Under the pieces are notes generated by a model, which saw nothing but the letters and a program-made list of their open reading frames with translations, made no database searches and was not told where the DNA came from. A stretch of 64,000 nucleotides of DNA from Lama guanicoe (lineage: Eukaryota). Location: the NCBI GenBank assembly GCA_013239625.1, contig MU053934.1, positions 2,808,399 to 2,872,398 on the forward strand. The letters run 5' to 3'. Shown one piece after another: positions 52,326 through 64,000 of the stretch. The number at the start of each line of letters is the position of its first letter. Position 1 is the first letter of the stretch. The position numbers were made by a program, and so were the translations under genes.

Positions 52326-54562
52326 TAATTAAGATGTTTTAAAGTTTTGTTTTGTTTTTGCTGTATCTGTGCAAGTCTGTGGAAGTGTCTGTCGGATCAG
52401 CAGATGTCAGAATAGACACGTACGATGCCAGAAATTGGGAAATAGAACCACCATTGGCATAATGGTTAAGGGTACAAACTCTAAAGCCAGTCTGCTGTGG
52501 GCTTCAGTCCCAGCCTGTTCCTAACTAGCTGTGTGATCATGGACCTTATACCTTTATCCTCATCTACAAACCAGGGATTTTAACCCACACACTGAGGTAT
52601 CAATATCTGGATAGCCCTTTGAACAATGCCTGGCTCATGGTAAACATCCCATAATTGTTAGCCACTAATAGGAATTCCCTACATGTATGTGACTTTTACT
52701 CTCATGTCCTTTGATGACATTAGTTTGTTCGAATTATGTACAGTGTAAAGATAATCACCTGTCTTCCATGCTTTTGGAACAATTTTTTTTTTTTGGTATT
52801 TTGTCCTTTGCTTTCTGGTCCTGTCATTTTTATAAAATACAGAAAATTGCACTTTTGTGCACTTCTATCTGTCAGCCTTTGCCTGATTTCTTCTGGTGCT
52901 TTGATGCTTAAGGAGTTCAAAGATATTCACTTCTATGGTTTGCAAATTTAATATGATTTCCTGCCTACATTTAAATTTTTAATTGACCTTGTATTTGGGG
53001 AATGGTGGGAGATAGGGATGTAGGCTGATATGTTTTATGTTGTTATTCAATTATCTCAGCACTTTTTATTATTCCATCACTTCACACTGATATGTGGTTC
53101 CTCCTTCATAACATAGTACATTCTCCAGTGAAACAGAGTCTGTGTGGTCAGTATGTCCATTAATCTATTTTGTGTGTGTGTGTGTGTGTGAGCAACCCAT
53201 TGCTTTACTTATCAGATCTTTGTATCAATTTTGCTATTGGATAGAGACTCCTTATTTTTAAAAATCTCATTAACTGTCCTCACATATATATTTTTTTTCT
53301 AAGTTCTTGCAAAAAGCGTCATGTTAATTTTTGATTAGAACTGTGTTAAACCTGTAACTTATTTTGGGATGAATTGCCCCCTTAAGGTAAGACCCAAAGA
53401 GGAGCCCTGAGGTTTTAGGCTCGTCCCAGGTATGCGGAGCAAGCTGCATCAGCTCTCCAGACTCTCCCACGCCTGCCCCACGGCATCGCCCCCACCTGCG
53501 GGAACTAACAAGGACGAATACTCTCCCCTGGCCCCAGACAAACCTGCTCTTTTCTCCTGAGCTTTCCTGAGCTAGTTACCCTGTTACATCATCGTGTGTG
53601 GTTCTCCTCACCACCGCCATGTGAGATTCACCAGGTTGTGCCCATTTTACAGATACAGAGAGCAAGGTTCAGGGAGCATTGGTGAGTTAGCACAGGCCAT
53701 CACCATGGGAGGGGCAGAGCCTGTGCTGCAAGTCAGTTTGGCTGAGCCCAGAGCTGCGCTTTTCCCAGCAAGACAGCTGCTGGTGTGCGTGCATGTATTT
53801 GTGTGTGTGCGCGCGCGCGCATGTGCAGTTTGAACGAAGTCTTGGACAATCTTACGGGCAGTAAAGGAACCACGGTCTCTGTTCTGCTCTCCTGGGTACT
53901 TCCCGGAGCTGGATGAAATGAAAAAAGGAAATCCCCAGGCTTCTGCGGAGAAAAGGGAACTGGCCTGTCACGGAGTGGTGTGGGAGGAGTGAGGTAAATG
54001 GAGGAGGGCGGGGAGGGCATGAGGCTCCTGTGAGTGTGAGTGTGTGCGTGAGTCTGCGTGTGTGATACCCACGGAAGGACCACACCCCCCATAGTCAGTG
54101 ACCCTCCACCAAGAATCCGCAGGGAGCTGGAGACGAACCCAATACCAGGCCTCCCTCCCAGGGGCAGTGCCCAGGGGTACCTGATGCGCGACCCCATGGG
54201 AACCCCCATCTTCAGAGGCTGTTAAGTGTATCCCCCTCACAGTCTCATCCCAGGCACTGAGGTCAAGGAGCAGGGACTGTCCCGGGTGCTGGGCTGAGGC
54301 AGCGCTGAGGGCTGGAGTCCATATACCAGGGCCACTCTTGTGTTCATCTCACCATGTGGGCCAAGTCCCATGGGCTGATGCCTCCTTCAGCAGGCCTAGA
54401 GGAGGCAGGGTCCTGGAGAGAGGATTCACAAAAGCCAACGTCATGGGTCTGCCCTGACCTCCAGCCAAGGAGGAACACAAGATTCCGGGACAGTGAGGAG
54501 CCCAGACCCCACCTAGACCTGGACCCACTGGAGCACCCTGCTTATCAGAGCTGACCCCGGAG

Positions 54563-54638
54563 ATGGTGCTGACCCGCCAGCTGCTCCCCATCGCCCTGCT
54601 GGCGCTGTGCTGGGGGCCCAGCATGGCAGGGGCCCAAG
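54563..54638 (+). CDS. CSF2RB: CSF2RB exon 2 coding part, signal peptide (MVLTRQLLPIALLALCWGPSMAGAQ); exon starts at about 54394
   Basis: gagATGG Kozak context, hydrophobic leader, AAG|gtgagc donor. Confidence 0.95.
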
Positions 54639-55588
54639 GTGAGCCAATGGCTTCCCCCCTCCCCATCCCCCTCCTCACTGCTGGGCCCCATCTCCTAGGA
54701 CGCTCCCAGACACCAGGGTTCCAGCTTTCCCTCCCCCTGCCCTCCCCTCCCCTCCCTCATTTCTTCTCTCTCCTGATCTTCCCTTGGTCTCCCCTCTTCC
54801 CTCCTCCCTCCCTCCTGCTCATTCTTCTCTGGCCTCCTGTAAACTCCATCCCCAGCTGTGTGGCTTCTCTGCCCACACTTCTCACTGAGGCATTCGAGGC
54901 CCCTCCAGGCAGCCAGTCCAGTCTTTTCTCTGCCCCTCCTTCCCTGCAAAACATACTGCTCCCCTGAAGGTCTTGACCTGTTTCCACCCCTGTGCCTTTG
55001 CTTCTGGGGACCCTCAGCCTGGGGGGGGGTCTCCTCTCTTTCCTGGAGGCTCCTTGGGCTTCTCAGGCCAGTGATCCCCCCTCCCCAGGAGCTCCCAGAG
55101 AACTTGGCTCCTCTGGTGACTGTGGGAACCACACTCCCTTTCCCAGCTCTGACCAAGAGAGCAGGCGCCGAGGTCCCAGAGGAGGCCCTGCCCCTGGGTG
55201 CGGGGGTCTGAGGGGTGGGTCTGTGCCTCCGCTCCCAGGCTGCACCGAGGGGTCCCGGGGCAGGGCCTGTGCCTGAGGCCCGTCTCCATCCCGGGGTGCG
55301 GGGACCCTGTTCCAGGGGCAGGGCAAGGCAGGGGCTCGGAAACGTGCTGTGAATCAACTAGAATATTGTGTTTCTGTCCAGCCAGGAGGGTCCACAACTG
55401 GCACCCTCCCACCTGCAGGGCCCCCAGCCCCTCCCAGGGCCCCGGGGACCTCTGCCTGGAAGTCAGGAGCATCCACGGGACTCTGGGAGACCCCGCCCCA
55501 GTGCCAGGCACCCACGAGGTGCTGGGAGGGGCGGTGACAAGGGGCATCTGGAGGGGGTGTGACCGCCTTCCTGCCTCTCCCCCATCAG

Positions 55589-55712
55589 GGACGGTCCCAC
55601 TGCAGACCCTGCGCTGCCATAATGACTACACCAGCCGCATCATCTGCACGTGGGCGGACACCCAGGACGCCCAGCGGCTCATCAACGTGACCCTCTACCG
55701 CAGGCTGGACGA
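55589..55712 (+). CDS. CSF2RB: CSF2RB exon 3 ([40 protein letters not shown])
   Basis: cccatcag acceptor, GA|gtgggt donor; class I receptor C-x9-C-x-W motif. Confidence 0.96.
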
Positions 55713-56899
55713 GTGGGTGATGTGGGGCCCCGGGCACAGGGCGGGCGGGGCGCTGCTGCGGGGGGCTGTGCCCGGGCTGGGGCTGGACGGAGGGCACTGC
55801 GGGGAGGCCCCAGCCCAGGGGCTCCTGCTCCACCAGGCGGCCTGCCAGGCGGGGGGCTGGCGTCTGCTGTCGTGGTCTCGGTGTTGATATTGTTGATGTT
55901 GGTGATGGTGACAATCCCTTGTTGTGTCACAATTTAACAGAATCACCCTGCAGAGTCAGTCTCTGCTCATCCTCCCTGTGAGGCAGGCAGGGCAGGGATA
56001 TGATGCCCAGTTCACACATGAGGAAACCGAGTTCCTGGAGGTGAAGTCCCTCCCCACCACCCCCGGCCACACGGTGGGGGAGCAGCTGAGTGGGACCAGC
56101 CCCTGTGTCCACGTCTCCCCCAGGCCCTGTCACCTCCAGAGTGTGGGGCTTCTCCTTGCTCCTCACGAGGTCTCCGGGGGGCACACCCCACCTGGGAGGG
56201 CGCCCTGCACCATTCTGGGGTTTGGGGAGAGTCTAACTCACTGTGATAGAAGCAATTAAGCAGCGGGCATCACAGGGTGGGGGAGGCCCCTGGAGGCCGC
56301 CCTGGGGAAGGAGCCGCTCTCACCTCACAGCATCATCACTGTTCTGCTCTCTGTCCTGCTCTCGTGGGGGCTTCCATCTTCCTTGTCCACTGTCCTCAGC
56401 CCCCACCCCCACCTTCCCTCTCCAGCTGTGACTGCTCCTTCCTGCACTGGGACAACAGACACCCCCAGAAGAGAAGGTCCCACCCCACCCCCACTGCCTC
56501 CACCCATAGTCTGCCACCTCCCTGAATCCGTCCAGCAGTGATGACCTGTCCCAGGCCTGTGTGAGGCTGTAGCCCAGCTCCCACCTGGTTTTGCTGCCCA
56601 AGGACATAGCAGCCACCGCAGTCCCCAGTCTCCTTGTCATTGACGGGCCCTCTTCTGGGATCCACTTACAGATGTCAACCACCTGCAGTCCTGGGGCCTC
56701 CTGAACCCCGTCTCCTCAAGCCGGCCCTTCCCCTGCTTCCCTCTGAGGCGACCCCCTCTGAAGTGTTGTCTAAACCCCTGTATCCAATGCCTTTCCAGTT
56801 ACCTTCTCCTGTACCCACTCCCCCAGGACTCTGCTGCCCCCACCAGGTCACCCGAACTCTTCTGGCTAAAGAACTCAGCAATGCCCTTTGGTGCTAAGT

Positions 56900-58200
56900 C
56901 AGTGATCAGTCCTGGCCTTCTCCCAGGGAAACCATGGACAGCGCCTGACTCGGACTGACCAGTCCTGAGCCTGGCATCCTGCTGCGGCACCCCTGACCTT
57001 GACCCCGGCCAGCACACCTGGCTTTCCCTTGTGTCTCCCCGACTTGCCCTTTCCTGTCTCCTTGTCTGCTCTCTTCTTGTGCCTCCTAGTCGGAAGGGTA
57101 GATGCCCCAGGGCTCTTAGACTTCCTCTCCTTTGTATCTGGACCCAATGGCAGAGATGCAGCCTCAGGCTTAGTTGATGACGCCCACATGCTCTTTCCAG
57201 CCCAGACCATCCCCCAAGTTCCAGACCAACAGATGCACTTGCCTCTCCACATCTTCCCTTAGATAATGGGTATCTTCAGCCCCAAACATCCTAAACCAAG
57301 TTCCTGCTCTGTCCCCCAAAGACGCCTCCTGTTCCAAGTCTCCATCTAAATGGGAGCTCCAAGTGGCTCAAGCCAAACAAGTGGGAGGGGTTTTTCTTTA
57401 ATTTCTGGTTTTTGTTTTTCACTCTCCTTTCCTTCCTTTCCTTCCCCACCGCAAAATCCAATCCATTAGCAAATGCCATCAACTTTATCTTCAAATAGAA
57501 TGTGAATCTGGCTAACACTAACACCGCCACCCTGATTCAAACACCTCCAACCACTGAGATATTCTAGAAGCCCCAACCCAATCTAGCCACAGCCCAGCAG
57601 CCAGAGGAGTCCTTTCAAAGCACGTGTCAGACTATGTCACTCCTTTGCTCAAAATTCTAAATTTCCCCCACTTACAGTAAAATCAAAATTCCTTAAATTC
57701 CTTTTAAGTGCTGGTCTCCTGTCACCTCACTCAATGAGGCTCCTAGACTTCCCACCCTCACATTTCTACTCTTTGCTCACTGGTTAACTACCTAGTCATA
57801 CAACATTACAATCCTTTGCCTACCCCAGGACCTTTGCACTTGCTGCTCCCTTTACTCGAAATCCTCTTTCTCCAGAATTTGTATACTCCCTGCCTCACCT
57901 CCTTCAAGTTTCTGCTCAAATGTCACCTATTCCATGAAGCCTTTCCTGCCTCTCTTATTTCAAGTCGTATCCCCAACCCAGCCTTTCTGGTCTCCTCATA
58001 CCTCATTTCTGCTTGATTTATCTATGTAAATCTTTCTCCGCTTGACATGTGACATAGTTTATTCAGTTGCTTTGTGTGTCTCTCTGTATTAGGATGTTGA
58101 TTCTGTGGACAGGATCTGAGTGTTTCATTTCCTGCCAGGCCCCCAGTCCTGGACAAAGCCTTACACATAGAAACTACTCAATAATGTTGGCGAATGAGTG
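56900..58200 (+). mobile_element. L2 LINE fragment in CSF2RB intron 3
   Basis: atccaatccattagcaaat.cc, tatgtcactcctttgctcaaaa, ctcacctccttcaagtttctgctcaaatgtcacct, ctcaataa.tgttgg.gaatga. Confidence 0.7.
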
Positions 58201-58242
58201 ATTCTTCTTCACTCTGAGCTAACCTGTGTCCTCTCCTGGCAG

Positions 58243-58433
58243 GGACCGTCCACAACCAGTGTCCTGCGATCTCAGTGAAGACATGCCCGCATTAGACGGC
58301 CTTTGTACTGGCTGTGTGCCCAGAAGATGCGTCATTCCCCATCAGGTTTTTGTCATTGCCAACTCTGACTACTTCTCATTCCGACCAGACCGGCCTCTGG
58401 GCACCCAGCTTACTGTCACTCTCACCCAGCACG
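58243..58433 (+). CDS. CSF2RB: CSF2RB exon 4 ([63 protein letters not shown])
   Basis: cctggcag acceptor, CACG|gtaagg donor; CVPRRCVIP motif. Confidence 0.96.
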
Positions 58434-58649
58434 GTAAGGCTTGGGGCCCCTGGCCAAGGGTGGTACCCTGTGTGGAAAGTGGACCCCAGGGTTGTCCAGG
58501 CTACAAGAGGTGGGCCAGGGAGTGAGCACTTTCAAGGGGTGGAGACAACGGCTTGAGTTGGGTTTGGTTCTTGGGAGTAGAGGATATGGTCTCTTTGGTC
58601 TCCGTGGAGGCTTGGGGGCGGGTACAACCGGAGGCAGTCAGGCCAATGC

Positions 58650-58709
58650 CTAATGCTCCACCCACTGCCCTGATGCTCCACCCCCTCCCCTGATGCTCCA
58701 CCCCCTGCC
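58650..58709 (+). repeat. 20-bp minisatellite x3 (ctgatgctccaccccctgcc)
   Basis: Three near-identical tandem units, read directly. Confidence 0.8.
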
Positions 58710-61335
58710 AAGCCGTGGCTTCCCAGCGCTGAAGGAAGAACCGTCCTTCCTATTCAGATACAAACTTTATAGCTTGAAGATTCTTTCATCAATACGGTCT
58801 CATGCAATGTCTGTGACAACCCATTTTATGGATGAGGCACTCGAGACCCAGCGCGGTTACATAACTTTTCCAAAGTGCCGCCATGAGCATTCCTGATAGT
58901 GATGGGCCGGACTTGCCGAGTGTTTCCTGCACGTTGGAGCCGGAGGTCATCCCCGAACTGACCCCGCCGCGTGTCACTTAATCATTACAATAATGTGTGG
59001 TGTCCTGTACTACTTTTGACCCCATTTTACTGATGATGAAACAGGCTGAGAGAGCAGGAGCTTTCCCAAGACCAGTTACTCAGACGCTGGTGTCTTTAAC
59101 ATCCGGGATCCCAAACACGGAGTCACCTGCTACTCCTTGCAAATGTGAGATGGGGAGGGGCCTCCGACCTGAGAGGGTGGATTAGGCCGTGGCGAATTCA
59201 CTCCAAACAATGTCTCAGCACATGCGTTTGATGGATAAGAAGGAGTCCCGTCCTGCACGAAGCTCAGAGCTTACAGAGCAGGAACACCAGATATTGTGTG
59301 GTGTGATCACTTACTGAAGGCGGGTGTGTGCCACGTGCCACGGGGCAGTGGACAAGGAGCGCCCAGGAGGTCAGAGCAGGCTTCCCCGAGAAGAGAGCTC
59401 TGCAGGGAGATCCGAAGAGAGAATGGGAGAGAGCAGAAAGAGCATCCCTGGCAGAGGAAGCAGTGCGTGCAAAGGCTGGGAGACCTGGGAGCGTGAGGCA
59501 AGATCAGGAAAAATGCTAATAACTGTATCCCAAGAACATCAACGTCAAGAAGGCTGGACAGAGGGAGGAAGGAGAGGGGCAGGGAAGGCAGGGGCTTGAC
59601 CTGGAGGGGCTTCTGTGTCCTGCAATAGAGTTTAGGGGTCAACATCTAGGCAATGGAGTGGAGAGCCACTGAAAGGGCATGTCATGATCAGATGTGGGTT
59701 TGAGGATGCTGGTGGTAGGTGATGTATGAGGTAGATAGGGGACAGGAAGTAGTGGGAGGATGAAGCCCAGACTGTGACCTAAGACATTGTCCCACAGACA
59801 TGATGGGGATTCAACTGGAGTGTGGCGAAGGGATGGGAAACTGGAGGGATACAAATCAAAGTTGAAGTATGCGTGCGATTCATTCATTAATCTATTCTTC
59901 AGTTGAACACCTGCACATACCAGGAAAACAGTAAACAAGCCATCAGTATCCTGGCCCTTTGAAACTTACCTGGCGACAACAGAAGTTGTTATGATGAAGA
60001 TGGAGCCCACTAAGAAATGGGGAGGGGAGTGTGGTATTCACTTGCTGGAGCATATGTTAAGTGGAAAGTTCAGTTCTAGCCCAAACCATTTTGGCAAAGA
60101 ATCAGGGAGGCTCTGAGGTGCTGGGAAAGGGACAGATGTGCATCTGATCTGCTCTGAAGCTCCCATGTGTGGCAATCTGGATGTCACTTCCTCTGTCAGG
60201 GTCTCTATCTGTGACATGAACTGGTAGACTAAATCTCTCAGGTTGAATGAATAGGTCTTTCAATGGGTTCCCTTTCTGTTCAGTTGGTAGCAGCTTCCTA
60301 GAGCTCCATGTTGAGAAGGACCCCCACTCCATGTCCGGCTCAGGGGCTAGGAGTGCAACAATTGATTAGTGATGCCTGCTGTGGCTGTGGGTGGGGCAGG
60401 GGTGCCCTGGATCTGCCATTCAGGACTTAAGATTTTCTGAAGGCTCCAGCCCTGACATGCTCTACCATGCCCTGTTCTGAGTCCAGCAAAGAACATTTAC
60501 AACTCTTTTGGGCTCTTACCAAATTTTTGTGTTGGGAAGTCACCTCTCAGTATTCAGACACAGACGCTTTGGGAAGCCAGGAGTCATGCTATTCATGGAT
60601 GAATCTGCTCACCTGACCCTGTAGGTCCCAGCAGGTGTCTGCTTGCTGTTGGTCATGGATGATTCCATAAAAAGCCTCTGAAGGTGGCCTACACGTGTTC
60701 ATTCATTGATTCCTTCATTGATTCCTTCACTTTGTCCCCCACACTCACAGAACCACTGATCTCAGGACCCAACCCCTGCCACCCACAAGCTCCTGAACTC
60801 CATGGGGAGGCAGACCTGGAAACACCTAAATCCTCCAGGGTCATAAGGACCATTCACAGGGCTGTGGTGGGACAGGAAAAGGAGCAAGGGGCTCTGCCTG
60901 GGGGAGGAGAGCCAAGAAGGTCCTAGAGGAGGAGCACGTGTGCTGGGCTCTGAGAGGTGCAGGACGCTGGGCAGTGCAAACAAGGAAGGGGCTGGACAGC
61001 AGAAGGAACAACATGAGTCACAGCGCCCTCTGCTGGGAAGGAGGCCACACAGCCTCCACATGGGCAGTGGGGACAGAGGGAAGCTCCCTTGGGATTTAAT
61101 CGCTAGCATCTTTTATGGGGCATCTGTTCTCCGTGAACAACAACCTGCAGAACCTTCATTCCCATTGACTCCCCACGATTTAGCAGATGAAGGTCTGAGG
61201 TCCACAGAGGAGAGGGGTCTTGTCCAAGGTGCTGGGCCTGGAACCCAGGTCTGTCCACACACAGGCCACGCAGGCCCTTAACCTCCCGCACAGTCGTCCA
61301 GCCCCTTACGGACCCTTGACTTCCTCTCCTTCCAG

Positions 61336-61487
61336 TGCAGCCCCCCGCGCCCAAGGACCTCCGCGTCAGCCCTGATGGGGACCGTTTCCTGCTGTCCTGG
61401 AATGTGACCCATGGGGGTTCTGAGAGCCACTGGCTGTCCAGCCTGGAGTTTGAGGTGGTCTACAGGCGGCTTCAGGACTCCTGGGAG
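61336..61487 (+). CDS. CSF2RB: CSF2RB exon 5 ([51 protein letters not shown])
   Basis: cttccag acceptor, GAG|gtaggg donor. Confidence 0.96.
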
Positions 61488-61570
61488 GTAGGGACCCCCA
61501 CCAGCTCTGCCCTGAGCCCACAGGGACCCGGCCCAGCCGGCCCTTCTCCAGCAGCCCCTGTCTCCCACAG

Positions 61571-61739
61571 GACGCCCCCACCATCTACTCCAACTCCTCC
61601 TGGGCCATCCTGGGGCCGGAGCACCTCATACCCAGCAGCACCTACGTGGCCCGAGTGCGCGCCAGGCTGGCCCCAGGCTCGGGGCTCTCAGGACGGCCCA
61701 GCCAGTGGAGCCCCGAGGTTCGCTGGGCCTCCCAGCCAG
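61571..61739 (+). CDS. CSF2RB: CSF2RB exon 6 ([56 protein letters not shown])
   Basis: cccacag acceptor, CAG|gtaaca donor; degenerate WSxWS (PSQWS) of domain 2. Confidence 0.96.
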
Positions 61740-62290
61740 GTAACAGAGTCGGACTCGGGGGCCGTGCCCCTCCTTGGGGAGGGCGGCTCATTGCAGCTCC
61801 TGGCCAGAAGGAGGCCAGGGTCACACCACGGGATTCACGGTGGCCCTGTGCTATGCGTTTAGAGAGGCTCCCCTGGGCCCACCCCGTCCCTGCTGTGACT
61901 CTGCAGAGGCAGCAGCTACATCTTACTCACGTCTGAGCCCAGGTTGGCTGCCCACTTTCTGGGGAGGAGCAATTGCAATTTAATCACAATGGCGCATGAG
62001 CAGCTGTGCTTTGGTGAGAGCGGCGCCACGTGCGGACAGACAAGTGTGATTGTGTTTCCTCCCCGAACACCGGGACTGAGATGCCCTCCCCGTTTTGCAC
62101 AGGGGGTACAAAGTCTCACAGAATTCCCTCCCTGACTGCGGCCACACAGCAGGCAGGGCAGGCTGAGTCACCCCCTGGTTTTTGGCCCCGATGCCCACGA
62201 TCCCTCCGTGATGAGACTCACGGTGGGCCCACTGAGAGGGACGGAATGAATGAGTGAGGACTGAATGAGGGGCTGTCTCCTCCCTCCCAG

Positions 62291-62426
62291 GGGACGAGGC
62301 CCAGCCCCAGAACCTCCAGTGCTTTTTCGACGGGGCTGCCCTGCTCAGCTGCTCCTGGGAAGTGAGGTCTGAGGTGACCAGATCTCTCTCCTTCACCCTC
62401 TTCTACAAGCCCGGGCCCCATGCAGG
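62291..62426 (+). CDS. CSF2RB: CSF2RB exon 7 ([46 protein letters not shown])
   Basis: cctcccag acceptor, AGG|gtgagt donor. Confidence 0.96.
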
Positions 62427-62587
62427 GTGAGTGTCCCCTGCCTCTGTCCCCTCCCCTCCTCTAGGCCCTGCCCTCTCCAAGCCTCCTCCTGCCCCTGGGG
62501 GCCCAGCCGAAGCCACAGATCATCCCGAGGCCTCATTCCTCGTGTGGCCCTGCCTCCCCGTGTGCTCACCTCTGCCGTGCTCCCCAG

Positions 62588-62745
62588 GGAGGAAGAATGC
62601 GCCCCGGTGCTGAGGGAGGTGACCAGCAGCCCCTTCGTCCGGCACCGGTGCCGGATTCCCGTGCCCGACCCCAGGAGCCACAGCCAGTTCGTCGTCTCTG
62701 TTCGACCCAAGGAGGAAGAGAAACTCATCAAGAGCTCAGATAACA
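62588..62745 (+). CDS. CSF2RB: CSF2RB exon 8 (EEECAPVLREVTSSPFVRHRCRIPVPDPRSHSQFVVSVRPKEEEKLIKSSDN)
   Basis: tccccag acceptor, ACA|gtgagt donor. Confidence 0.95.
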
Positions 62746-63907
62746 GTGAGTCTGTGCCCAGCCTTCTGTGTAGAGTGTCTTGTGTCAGCACAGTTTTGTT
62801 TGTAACCCATATAAACTCAGGGTTCCTCATGGCCTAGTCTTCATATTTGTCACTTACAATGAAAGGCAGTCGAGGGAGCAAATTGAACAAAAATAATTTC
62901 AATCTTTTTCCAGTCAAAGTGCTCAAGCAGCAATAATACAACAATGACAATGGCAAATAACGTGAAGGAAGATGCAATCGATATTCTTTAAGAACATGCC
63001 TTTGAAATCTTCTTACCTCATTATTTTAGCTCTATTTCCCCCTCCAATTCTGCTGCTGCTGTGAAACTCCACTGCCTACCATGGCCTCCTGGTCCTTCCA
63101 TCAAACTTTCCCTTTCATCTCCTGTTTGGGTTTTTTCTCTTTCAGGTTTCCAAAGTCCTCCCCTGACTGATGTTTTCAGTCTTCAAAGTGATTGATCTAT
63201 GATTTACTTCTTCGACTGGGGACGAGTGCACATGCAATTAGACTAGTTTCTTGCAGGTTAAGATCCCTGATTCCTGTTATGCAGCAAGTACCTCATGCAA
63301 AGGAATCTCCTACATCGCTTCATGATGGCCAAGTTCTTCCCTCCGCTCTTTAGTGTGTGTCAGAGGCAGCAGCCAATCTGTCTTAGTCGCCTGGGTTTGA
63401 ATGCACTACTTACTCTCTGGGATCTTCCAGATTGCAATCTTTGTCTCTGCCACTTGTTACTGGCCTGTCCTTGTCAACGTGTTTTCATTCCGGGGCTCAG
63501 TTCTTTGTCTGAAAAAATTCATTAAGTGTACCTAGTACCTAGTGTTTTTGTTGAAATGGAGTGAAATTGCTCATGTAGATTTAGTATATATAATAGTGCC
63601 TAGAACATGGTCAATACTCTAGAATACAATAAATTAATAGTAATTTATTTCTACTTAAATACTAGGAGTAAATCGTGCTTTGGGTCACCTCACTACAAAA
63701 CAAGTGTATCTCAGCATCTCCCGAGAGAAGGGGGTCTCGGGTCAAAATGGATGACATGATGAAGTGGGGGTGCAAATACCCTGAGATGAGTGGGACCTGG
63801 GGTCCTGTGTCAGTGGAGAGAGCATCTGTCACCAGCATGGAACACAAGGAACGTTCCATGGGAGGAATGTTAGGAGCGATGTTCCCTAAAAGTTCCCCTT
63901 CCTCCAG

Positions 63908-64000
63908 TCCAGATGGCTCCCCCGACCCTCAACGTGACCAAGGGTAGAGATGGCTACATCCTGCACTGGAAAGAAGAAGAAATGCACTATTCACACATAG
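63908..64000 (+). CDS. CSF2RB: CSF2RB exon 9, partial (IQMAPPTLNVTKGRDGYILHWKEEEMHYSHI...)
   Basis: cctccag acceptor; the domain 4 Y-x-H-I cytokine-contact motif is retained; truncated by the window end. Confidence 0.94.

Larger units (their letters stand above)
54394..64000 (+). other. CSF2RB: CSF2RB (cytokine receptor common beta chain, CD131), exons 2-9; gene continues past the window end
   Basis: Eight exons with GT-AG boundaries and compatible phases encode the signal peptide and FNIII domains 1-4 (domain 4 partial). Confidence 0.96.

Noticed and set aside
55616..55630. Loss of a ligand-binding tyrosine in CSF2RB (RCHNDY versus human RCYNDY)
   Set aside because: The functionally characterised Tyr39 is the NDY tyrosine, which is retained, as are Phe103 and the domain 4 Y-x-H-I residues.
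54695..55887. Long ORFs 54695..55357(-) and 55198..55887(+)
   Set aside because: GC-rich intronic open frames; only 55589-55712 (exon 3) has coding character.

Overview
Mammalian genomic DNA, probably camelid, judged from tRNA-Ala(AGC)-derived Vic-1-like SINEs and artiodactyl-type L1 3' ends. It carries the syntenic NCF4-CSF2RB locus, with both genes on the + strand. NCF4 (p40phox) coding exons 2-10 lie at 5068-16961 and are intact, with GT-AG introns and compatible phases; exon 1 appears to lie upstream of the window. About 30 kb of repeat-rich intergenic DNA follows (L1, L2, MaLR, an ERVL relic, hAT MITEs, SINEs). CSF2RB (common beta chain) then starts with a promoter and non-coding exon 1 at about 46.8-47.0 kb; its coding exons 2-9 run from 54563 to the window end. 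I see no evidence for a wholly new biological system. The most unusual items are: (1) a 12-bp repeat in NCF4 intron 7 built from in-frame copies of the exon 7 splice donor; (2) a weak intron 8 donor with an open read-through resembling the human intron-retained variant; (3) two TSD-flanked composite retro-insertions; (4) a DR1-like half-site array; (5) a strong-context uORF and a shifted Cys motif in CSF2RB. Comparisons with human sequences and all repeat family names are from memory and need alignment or RepeatMasker to confirm.
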